From an uncultured Desulfobacteraceae bacterium (GTDB lineage: Bacteria; Desulfobacterota; DSM-4660; Desulfatiglandales; HGW-15), in NCBI GenBank assembly GCA_964418945.1, contig CAYQNR010000006.1:985-64984 (forward strand): 64,000 bases of DNA, in the 5' to 3' direction. Shown here piece by piece: positions 19,830 through 27,062 of the stretch (within the stretch, counting starts at the first letter, position 1; each line of letters begins with the position of its first letter). The notes beneath the pieces are model-generated. The model ran no database searches and had not been told where the DNA came from. It saw only the letters and a list, made by a program, of their open reading frames with translations. Position numbers and translations under genes: made by a program.

Positions 19830-20588
19830 CTATATCTTTTCAATCTCAATGCCCTCTGCCTCTTCTTTTCTCAAGGAGAGATGATAGCCTTTAACCTTGA
19901 TATCAATTGGATCACCTAGCGGGGCCACGCGCTCCACTTCAATGAGAGCCCCGGGGGTGATTCCCATCTCCACAATCCGCTTGTTTGTCTCTCCCCTGGC
20001 CTTGATCTTCAGCACCGTGCATTTCTGGCTGGTTTTCAATTCCTTAAGGTTAGCTTTTGTAATCGCCTTCCTGCCTCCGTGCCTTCTCTTTTGTCTCACT
20101 TTTTCAAGGATAATTGATATACATTTTTCGCAATTCTCCTGAGTGCCGCCATGATCACAATGGTAACCGAATCCCGCGATCCACTCGGCGCCACCGCGGG
20201 GACAAATCTCAATGAACTGGGCGAACTGGATAAAACGCTCCAGGATGATTTTGGGAATGGAATGTTCCATCAGGCAGGCCGCCTTATCCGCATCCGCTTC
20301 TTCCACGGCAAGAACCTTGACGAAAAAATCGCTCAGGACCTCATGCCGACGGACCACATCCTTGGCAGCGGTTTGACCGGAAGGGGTCAGGGTGATCACA
20401 TCATACGGGGCATAATTAATCAGTTTTTTATCGGCAAGTGACCGAAGCGCGCCTGTTACCGAGGAGTTGGTGACCTTCAGACGCCTGGCGATATCTTTGG
20501 GCCTGGCAGCGTGTTTGTCCGAGATGATATGGAAGATGGCCTCAAGATAGTCCTCCAGGCTCGCTGTCAACGTATCTGTAAATGTCAT
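19830..20588 (-). CDS. DtxR/IdeR-family regulator with C-terminal FeoA/SH3 domain and a 4-Cys insert
   Basis: A wHTH is present (LEDYLEAIFHI...PKDIARRLKVTNSSVTGALRSL), with a C-terminal FeoA-like domain. The linker carries the insert CPRGGAEWIAGFGYHCDHGGTQENCEKC. Confidence 0.85.
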   Translation of the reverse strand: MTFTDTLTASLEDYLEAIFHIISDKHAARPKDIARRLKVTNSSVTGALRSLADKKLINYAPYDVITLTPSGQTAAKDVVRRHEVLSDFFVKVLAVEEADADKAACLMEHSIPKIILERFIQFAQFIEICPRGGAEWIAGFGYHCDHGGTQENCEKCISIILEKVRQKRRHGGRKAITKANLKELKTSQKCTVLKIKARGETNKRIVEMGITPGALIEVERVAPLGDPIDIKVKGYHLSLRKEEAEGIEIEKI

Positions 20589-20611
20589 TTTTTTGCCTCT
20601 TCCTCTGATTG

Positions 20612-20648
20612 TTTTAGGAGTGCCTAAAATAGTAAGGCATGCCTAAAA
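20612..20648 (-). promoter_or_regulatory. Two candidate DtxR-type operators overlapping the dtxR promoter
   Basis: Box 1 at 20612-20629 is TTTTAGG-AGTG-CCTAAAA. Box 2 at 20633-20648 contains the perfect palindrome AGGCATGCCT. Box 2 fills the -35/-10 spacer and box 1 lies just downstream of the -10. Confidence 0.55.
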
Positions 20649-20657
20649 TATTGTCAA
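20629..20657 (-). promoter_or_regulatory. Candidate sigma70 promoter (TTGACA-N17-TACTAT)
   Basis: Read on the minus strand, 40-70 nt upstream of the regulator start. Confidence 0.5.
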
Positions 20658-20778
20658 ATATTTTCTTTGGAGAAAACATTTATAATATCCACAGAATAAG
20701 AGAACCTAGAAATACGATTATTGACTTATAATTACAAAAATGGTTTTATAAAGCCCTCTTTACAGGCTTAGATTTTAA

Positions 20779-21109
20779 GGTTCGTCCGGCTAATGAGTAC
20801 GCTAGTCAATGATTTTTAAACATTTTGCGCTATATGGGCCATGGGGTTCTCTTTTGAGCGGCGAACTCGTTTATGTACAATGACCCCGCACAAAACAAGA
20901 CGAGGCGGGCGGGTATTCTTTTCCAGACTTGGCCGGGGTAGAGAATCTTCTATTATCTCATAAGTATTCCGCCCGCCTGGGTGGCACCTTACGTAATTAG
21001 CATGCTGGTAATACTTTCGCCGCTTAAAAGAGTGCTCCATGGGCCATTAAGGTGATTATAATAAGGTCTAATCCTCTGCTTCTTTACGCGCTCATTAACC
21101 GGATGAACC
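20779..21109 (+). mobile_element. MITE family B, copy 3 (331 bp, complete)
   Basis: The TIRs are GGTTCGTCCGGCTAATGAGTAC and GCTCATTAACCGGATGAACC. The flanking 8-mers are GATTTTAA (20771-20778) and GATTCTAA (21110-21117), matching at 7 of 8 positions. Confidence 0.85.
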
Positions 21110-21191
21110 GATTCTAATCTCGTGCCACGGGATATCAGTTTCTCTAATTTAAGTTGTTGGAGGATACAGGTAGATACTGGGGGTATTACTA

Positions 21192-22109
21192 ATGGAAAAG
21201 AAGGCCCTTCTTAATACAAGAGAAATAGCCGGGTTTCTGGATGTAAACGAAAAGATGGTATATTATCTTATCAGCGAAAAGGGCCTCCCCGCTACAAAGG
21301 TGACCGGGAAATGGCTTTTCCCTGTGAACCTTGTGGAACAATGGCTGGAAAGCGAGACAATAAACTATCCCCCTGCCTCCAGCCCCCTGCCCCCATATCA
21401 TGGTCTGCTTATTATAAGCGGAAGCAATGATATACTATTGGACAGGGCCATATCACTTTTTAACAGTATCCATAAGGATCATGTTGCCGTGTTTGGAAAT
21501 ATGGGCAGCCTTGGAGGTATAAGGGCTTTGCGTCGCAATCTCTGTCACATTGCATCAAGTCATCTGCTGCAGGATGATGAGGAGGATTATAACTTTGAGT
21601 TTGCAAAGGAGGAATTAACCCGGGTTCCCGCTATCGTGAATTTTTGCAGAAGGGAGCAGGGCATCTTGGTGAGAAAGGGTAATCCGAAGGGAATTCAGGG
21701 GATCAGGGACCTGGCAAATAAGGATTTCAGGATTGTTAACCGTCCCCTGGGAACCGGGACACGCCTGTTGCTGGATGGCGAGCTTGAGAAGGCGGGGTTA
21801 AGCAAAGACGATGTGGATGGTTATAATACAACAATGGAGACACATCTGGATGTGGGGATAGAGATCCTTTCCGGAAGGGCTGATGCCGGGCCGGGCATAA
21901 AGGGTGTCGCGGGATTGCTGGGCCTGGATTTTCTACCGCTGCGTTGGGAACGATTCGATCTAATTATGGCCAGGGAAAGGTTTTTTGATAAGGGAATCCA
22001 GCTTTTTTTAGGACTTCTGCGAGATCATTCCTTTAAGGACCTTGTTAGCAGACTCGCGGGTTATGACCTCAGCCTTAGCGGGGAGATGGTATATCCCCGG
22101 GAACAGTGA
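21192..22109 (+). CDS. Excisionase-type HTH plus PBP-like domain regulator (TunR/ModE-associated type)
   Basis: The N-terminus LLNTREIAGFLDVNEKMVYYLISEKGLPATKVTGKWLFP is an HTH_17-like motif. The remainder looks like a periplasmic-binding-protein-like sensor domain. Confidence 0.65.
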   Translation: MEKKALLNTREIAGFLDVNEKMVYYLISEKGLPATKVTGKWLFPVNLVEQWLESETINYPPASSPLPPYHGLLIISGSNDILLDRAISLFNSIHKDHVAVFGNMGSLGGIRALRRNLCHIASSHLLQDDEEDYNFEFAKEELTRVPAIVNFCRREQGILVRKGNPKGIQGIRDLANKDFRIVNRPLGTGTRLLLDGELEKAGLSKDDVDGYNTTMETHLDVGIEILSGRADAGPGIKGVAGLLGLDFLPLRWERFDLIMARERFFDKGIQLFLGLLRDHSFKDLVSRLAGYDLSLSGEMVYPREQ

Positions 22110-22136
22110 TAGGCTCCTCTCCCGCCGTTATTACAA

Positions 22137-23063
22137 TTATGCCCCTTCGGGCAGGGTGAAAAGCTGCTTTTCCCTGTCTTTCTGGGAGTTTTTAATCATG
22201 AGATCACATAGAAATAATAGGACATTATGGGACGCAAGGGCCCCTATGCTTTCTATCCAGTCGGCCTTGTCCTTACAGATCTCTTCATTCGATTCCCCTT
22301 TGTCGACCCTGTCGAGCATCTCCTGATGGTATGCCTCCGTCGCCTTAAGGGCCTTAACCAGGTGCCTGCCGCTGTCGCCCTCTATTACCCCGTTATGGCT
22401 TAAGAGCAAACGACTGGCCGGGATGTCTAACATTTTTCGAATGGTGTCACAGTAACTCTCCAGGGAATAAAAGTAGTTCGGCCAAAAAATATCCCTTTCG
22501 GGATCGTAATAACCGGTAATATCTCCTAGGGCCAGGGTCTTTTCTTTGTCTTCAAACAGGGTGATATGACATGGTGAATGGCCCGGCGCATTATACACCG
22601 TCCATACAACCCCATCTCCCAGATCGATCTTTTCGCCCTCCGAAACAACAGTATCCACCGCGAAATCGTACTTATCAAGAGGGAGAGGCATTTCCTGGAT
22701 ATCGCCTTTATCCTTGAGCAAATCAGAGATCATTTTGTCTGTGGGCAGAAATTCTTTCAGGAATCTCTCCTTTTGAAATATCTTTTCAGCTATTGCACAT
22801 GCCAGCACCTTCATGTGCGGATAGGTCTTTTTAAAACGGGGAAGTGCCCCCACGTGATCGGCGTGGGTGTGGGTTAAGGCGATATATTTGATCTTCATGG
22901 GATCGATACCCAGGGAATCAATCTGGGACACAATGATGTCATAGGTGGGACCAGTGCCTCCCTCAATTATCATCCCTTCCTTGCCCATGGAAAGATAGAC
23001 AGGGAAGCTTTTTGTGCCCAGTTGAAAGAGATGCGGCGTAACTTCTATAGGTTCATGTTGCAT
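22137..23063 (-). CDS. MBL-fold metallo-hydrolase
   Basis: The HxHxDH motif is LTHTHADHVGA, with downstream His/Asp ligands (GHSPCH). Confidence 0.8.
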   Translation of the reverse strand: MQHEPIEVTPHLFQLGTKSFPVYLSMGKEGMIIEGGTGPTYDIIVSQIDSLGIDPMKIKYIALTHTHADHVGALPRFKKTYPHMKVLACAIAEKIFQKERFLKEFLPTDKMISDLLKDKGDIQEMPLPLDKYDFAVDTVVSEGEKIDLGDGVVWTVYNAPGHSPCHITLFEDKEKTLALGDITGYYDPERDIFWPNYFYSLESYCDTIRKMLDIPASRLLLSHNGVIEGDSGRHLVKALKATEAYHQEMLDRVDKGESNEEICKDKADWIESIGALASHNVLLFLCDLMIKNSQKDREKQLFTLPEGA

Positions 23064-23331
23064 TTTTTTAACCTCCTTTTTATGTTTTATTCTTCTCCTA
23101 ATTAAGGTCCCTATAGGGATGGTTGAATTCCATCGCCTTCAGGCGAAGCAGGTTTTTAATTGTCATGGAGCGACTTGTCATTCCGGCCAATGAGCCGGAA
23201 TCCAGGAAATAATATTTTTCAATCTTCTGGATGCCGGACCAAGCCCGGCATGACAGCTACAGTTGATTTTAATTAACCGATTCAGAATCTTTTGCCTTAT
23301 AGACGAGGGTCGTTTAGTCTTCGATTACTGC

Positions 23332-23368
23332 AAAAAAAAACCGTGGGTTTTATTCTGCCCACGGTTTT
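23332..23368 (-). terminator. Hairpin CCGTGGG...CCCACGG flanked by A9 (plus strand) and T4
   Basis: Read on the minus strand, a 7-bp GC-rich stem is followed by U9. It lies 615 nt downstream of the nearest minus-strand stop codon (23983). Confidence 0.5.
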
Positions 23369-23590
23369 AATGATTAAGTTAATTGGATATCAATCCCCGG
23401 GCAGACCTTTCCTCCCAATATAATAATAGTGAAAAATCCGGCCCGACTTATATCTTCTCATTTCTTACCCCGTATATCTTCCGCTAATAGACTGGACGAT
23501 ATCCTATTATAAACATATTTAGGTGTCAAGGAATTTTTACGGATATCTGGCGAAATCACTTCTCAAAAAGTATCATCATCTCAGGTCACG

Positions 23591-23792
23591 GCTGTCCCTT
23601 TTCTTCGTTCCGGATCTCCCGGGCTGGTCATTTCAAGGGGTTACGGCCGTGGGATGCCTACCCCCTCCGCTGTTCCCCTCGGTTTCACTCGGGGCCAGGG
23701 GGTCCCCCACCCGTAACCTCCTGAAATAACAGCGCCCTCCCGATAGTCACTACAAAAAGGAACAGCCCTTCGCCCCAGTGCCACACCTCCGG
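23591..23792 (+). repeat. Palindromic repeat family C, copy 1 (~200 bp)
   Basis: Nearly identical by eye to 44947-45148. The outer stem is GGCTGTCCCTTTT/AAAAAGGAACAGCC and the inner stem is TTCAAGGGGTTACGG/CCGTAACCTCCTGAA. A GGTCACGG terminus lies at 23584. Confidence 0.85.
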
Positions 23793-23982
23793 GGCCGGAT
23801 AGAGGTATCGCTAATATCCAATCACGCCTATTCTTTTTAAGACGATATCTATTAGGATTCAAGGGTTCGGGGGTTCAAGGGGTTGGGGAGAAAGGGAAAA
23901 GAGAATATGGAACAGAGAACAGCTAATAGCTAATGGCTGATAGCTAAAAGCTTACTAGTGGTGCTTTTTGAAAGGTGATCTC

Positions 23983-24507
23983 TCAACTATTTTTATACCT
24001 TTCGGCAAGGCGGGTATATCCTTTGGGCGCCTGCTCCAGCCAAAAAAGCTGGTCGGGATTAACCTTCCCCATTATCTTGGCCGGCACGCCGGCAACGAAT
24101 GTATCGTGGGGTATCTTCATGCCCTGGCTTACCATGCATGCGGCCCCTATTATACAGCAATTACCTATCTCAACGTCATGAAGGACAGTGGCGTTTATAC
24201 CGATAAGGACATTGTTACCGATTTTGCGGCAATTCAGCACTGCTCCGTGCCCGATGTGGACCTCATCGCCTATGACCAGCTCACACATAGAGTCTTCATA
24301 GCTCGGAGATCCCGAATGGATAACACAGTTATCTTCCACAGCACAGTTTTTACCTATGGTTATCTTGCCGAAATCGCCCCTTATCACGGCCCCGGGCCAT
24401 ACGCTGGAGTGATCTCCAATCTCCACATCACCAATTATATGAGCTGCTTCGCTTATATATACAGTATCCGCTATCCTTGGCGTCTTGCCGTCGAAGCCTT
24501 GAATCAT
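23983..24507 (-). CDS. Gamma-carbonic-anhydrase-like / hexapeptide-repeat (LbH) protein
   Basis: 174 aa. The sequence MIQGFDGKTPRIADTVYISEAAHIIGDVEIGDHSSVWPGAVIRGD is typical of the YrdA/PaaY family. Confidence 0.8.
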   Translation of the reverse strand: MIQGFDGKTPRIADTVYISEAAHIIGDVEIGDHSSVWPGAVIRGDFGKITIGKNCAVEDNCVIHSGSPSYEDSMCELVIGDEVHIGHGAVLNCRKIGNNVLIGINATVLHDVEIGNCCIIGAACMVSQGMKIPHDTFVAGVPAKIMGKVNPDQLFWLEQAPKGYTRLAERYKNS

Positions 24508-24723
24508 TCTAGTATTCTCCTTCCGTCCTCCGTAGAACTGTGGATGGTAGACTAAATTGGAGATGATCCTTAAAAACTGAAATTAGGCGGTTGAATCTGA
24601 TATATAAACATATTATTTTAATTTATTAGCAATATGCAATTGAATTTTCTGGTAAAGTTCAAATGATTGGATAACAGGATCATTTATATCTGTGCATGTT
24701 GGTTACACGGCCATATAATTAGG

Positions 24724-24753
24724 TTGACATTTGGTCTTTTTTTGTTATATTAT
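24724..24753 (+). promoter_or_regulatory. Candidate sigma70 promoter of the cimA leader (TTGACA-N18-TATATT)
   Basis: The hexamers were read directly from the sequence. The promoter lies about 35 nt upstream of the leader-peptide ATG. Confidence 0.5.
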
Positions 24754-24788
24754 TCCATATCATTTTTGCGTGCAGGATATTTTACATT

Positions 24789-24914
24789 ATGTTTAGCCTT
24801 TATTCTTTAATAAGCATCATCATAATTATGGGGGCAACGGGGATAATTGCCTCCTCCCTGTTGCTTCGTATTATATTGGAGCGCCTTAAATTACCGGTTC
24901 TGATAATGGCATAA
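24789..24914 (+). CDS. Ile/Leu-rich leader peptide (41 codons) of cimA
   Basis: The peptide is MFSLYSLISIIIIMGATGIIASSLLLRIILERLKLPVLIMA, with 10 Ile and 9 Leu out of 41 residues. It ends 23 nt before the terminator, and its last codons overlap a segment that can pair with the terminator's 5' arm. Confidence 0.5.
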   Translation: MFSLYSLISIIIIMGATGIIASSLLLRIILERLKLPVLIMA

Positions 24915-24936
24915 CCAGGAAAAATCAATTCAATTA

Positions 24937-24976
24937 GATCCGTTATCAGGATGCCTGATAACGGATCTTTTTCTTT
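24937..24976 (+). terminator. Attenuator terminator upstream of cimA
   Basis: GATCCGTTATCAGG-ATG-CCTGATAACGGATC forms a 14-bp perfect stem followed by TTTTTCTTT. It ends about 5 nt before the cimA GGAGG. The upstream segment TTCTGATAATGG (24898-24909) can pair with the 5' arm as an antiterminator. Confidence 0.7.
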
Positions 24977-24998
24977 ATATGGAGGTATGATTGTAAAA

Positions 24999-26585
24999 AT
25001 GTCTGATAAAATATTACTGTATGACACCACGCTTAGGGATGGGACCCAGGGCGAACAGGTCAATCTTTCTGCTGAAGATAAAATCAAGATCGCTCAGAGG
25101 TTGGATGAAATGGGTTTCCATTACATAGAAGGGGGCTGGCCCGGTTCCAACCCGAAAGATGCCCGGTTCTTCGATATGGCCAAACAACGTTCTTTTAAGA
25201 CAGCCCGTTTGACTGCCTTCGGGAGCACAAGACATTCCCGGAATACACCTGAAGAAGACCATAGTATAAAGGCTATCCTGGAGGCGGAAACAGAAACAGT
25301 GACTATCTTCGGAAAGAGCTGGGACCTTCACGTGACAGACATACTCGGGGTCTCTGAAGACGAAAATCTGGCTATGATCGAGGATAGTATTGCATATCTG
25401 AAAGATCGGGGAAAAGAGGTAATCTACGATGCGGAACATTTCTTTGATGGCTACAAAAGGAATCCCGAATATGCCATGAAGACTATAAAGGCTGCCGTAA
25501 AGGGAGAGGCTGACATGATCGTATTGTGTGATACCAACGGGGGAACTTTTCCTTATGAAGTAGGGGATATCATGACGAAAATAAGGCCCCATGTTGAAAT
25601 TCCCATAGGTATACACGCGCACAATGACTGTGGTCTTGCCCTTGCCAATTCCCTGGAGGCTGTACGGAACGGAGCCAAATTGGTCCAGGGCACGATTAAC
25701 GGTTATGGGGAGAGGTGTGGAAACGTAGATTTGATATCCGTTGTGGGAAATCTCCAGCTTAAGATGGGGTATCAATGTATTTCAGATGAAAAATTAAGAA
25801 ATTTGACCGAACTTTCCCGCTTTATAAGTGATGTAGCCAATGTGCCCCCATTTAATCAGCGTCCCTTTACCGGAGACAGTGCCTTTGCCCATAAGGCGGG
25901 AGTCCATGTCAGCGCCATTCAGAAGAACCCGGCAGCGTACGAACATCTGGAACCCGAAAGGGTGGGTAACAGACGGAGGGTACTGGTATCGGATCTTTCC
26001 GGCAAGAGCAACATTGAATTCAAGACAAGAGAGATGGATATCAGGCTCGGCGGCAACGGGTATGATAGCAAGAAGATCGTGAATGAGATCAAGATGTTGG
26101 AGGATAAAGGATACCAGTTTGAGGCAGCGGAAGGTTCCCTTGAACTCCTAATCAAAAAGTATACGGGTCAATTCAAGGAACCGTTTTCCCTTGAGTCATT
26201 TCGTGTGACCATCGAAAAGGATAAGGAGGGGGCAAGTTCCTCCCATGCGACGATCAAGATATCCGTGGGGGATGAAGAGGAGATTACGGCCGCGGAGGGA
26301 GATGGTCCTGTAAATGCCCTTGATAACGCCCTCAGGAAGGCCTTGAATAGTTTCTTCCCTCATATCAGCGAGGTGAAACTGGTGGATTTCAAGGTTAGGG
26401 TAATCGAAGGAAGCGACGGAACAGGGGCCAAGGTAAGGGTTAAGATCGATTCACGGGACTCACAGGAAGTTTGGTCTACCGTAGGCGTATCGGAAAACAT
26501 AATCGAGGCGAGCTGGCAGGCACTCGTGGACAGCATCCAGTATAAGCTATTAAAGGATACAAAGGACGGGGCAAATTCGGTTTAG
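24999..26585 (+). CDS. cimA: (R)-citramalate synthase / LeuA-family (CimA type)
   Basis: The sequence ILLYDTTLRDGTQGEQVNLSAEDKIKIAQRLDEMGFHYIEGGWPGSNPKD, together with a C-terminal LeuA-dimer regulatory domain, resembles the long CimA class. The start follows GGAGG; an alternative ATG lies at 24987. Confidence 0.8.
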   Translation: MSDKILLYDTTLRDGTQGEQVNLSAEDKIKIAQRLDEMGFHYIEGGWPGSNPKDARFFDMAKQRSFKTARLTAFGSTRHSRNTPEEDHSIKAILEAETETVTIFGKSWDLHVTDILGVSEDENLAMIEDSIAYLKDRGKEVIYDAEHFFDGYKRNPEYAMKTIKAAVKGEADMIVLCDTNGGTFPYEVGDIMTKIRPHVEIPIGIHAHNDCGLALANSLEAVRNGAKLVQGTINGYGERCGNVDLISVVGNLQLKMGYQCISDEKLRNLTELSRFISDVANVPPFNQRPFTGDSAFAHKAGVHVSAIQKNPAAYEHLEPERVGNRRRVLVSDLSGKSNIEFKTREMDIRLGGNGYDSKKIVNEIKMLEDKGYQFEAAEGSLELLIKKYTGQFKEPFSLESFRVTIEKDKEGASSSHATIKISVGDEEEITAAEGDGPVNALDNALRKALNSFFPHISEVKLVDFKVRVIEGSDGTGAKVRVKIDSRDSQEVWSTVGVSENIIEASWQALVDSIQYKLLKDTKDGANSV

Positions 26586-26621
26586 TCAAAAGACTCAAAT
26601 AAAATATCGGGATATCGGATA

Positions 26622-26939
26622 TTAGACACACCCTGTCGGTTTAGGTAAACCGGCCATCTTGCAAGCGCCTCTGCCTGGGCCGGATGGAAAGAGTTCGTAT
26701 ATGTATTTCAATTTAAAGCCGGTAAGCTTGGATAGTATCCGTACCATGGGAGCGATACCGTTTTTTTGATAATAGTCCTGAAGTACTTTGATGACCTGCC
26801 AGTGTTCATCTGTCAATTCCTCGATACCTTCAGTTTCTTTTACGTATCTGACCCATGCCTCGTTCCAGTTGTTGAAATCATCGATAAAGCCGTCTTCATC
26901 GACATTAAAAGTATGTCCTTCAAATTCTACAGTTGGCAT
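26622..26939 (-). CDS. dsrC: DsrC (dissimilatory sulfite reductase gamma subunit / TusE family)
   Basis: The C-terminal arm ...GACKMAGLPKPTGCV carries both conserved Cys. The start ATG lies 9 nt after AAAGGAGG. Confidence 0.85.
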   Translation of the reverse strand: MPTVEFEGHTFNVDEDGFIDDFNNWNEAWVRYVKETEGIEELTDEHWQVIKVLQDYYQKNGIAPMVRILSKLTGFKLKYIYELFPSGPGRGACKMAGLPKPTGCV

Positions 26940-27062
26940 ACCCCACAACCTCCTTTAAATGAATAGCATAATAAGATCAATAGATTATAGCCCTTATATT
27001 CTAAAACTATCTTATGTTTCAGCTATTGTCAATTACTTTGTAGGTTATTCAGTATTCTTTTA

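Noticed and set aside
25014-25775. Long antisense ORFs inside well-supported genes (also 3148-3819, 23968-24555, 55356-55688, 56232-57026, 57363-58094, 9822-10343, 60339-60860 and 61029-61463)
   Set aside because: These are shadow frames opposite genes with clear family signatures. Their translations are low-complexity and Arg/Ser/Pro-rich.
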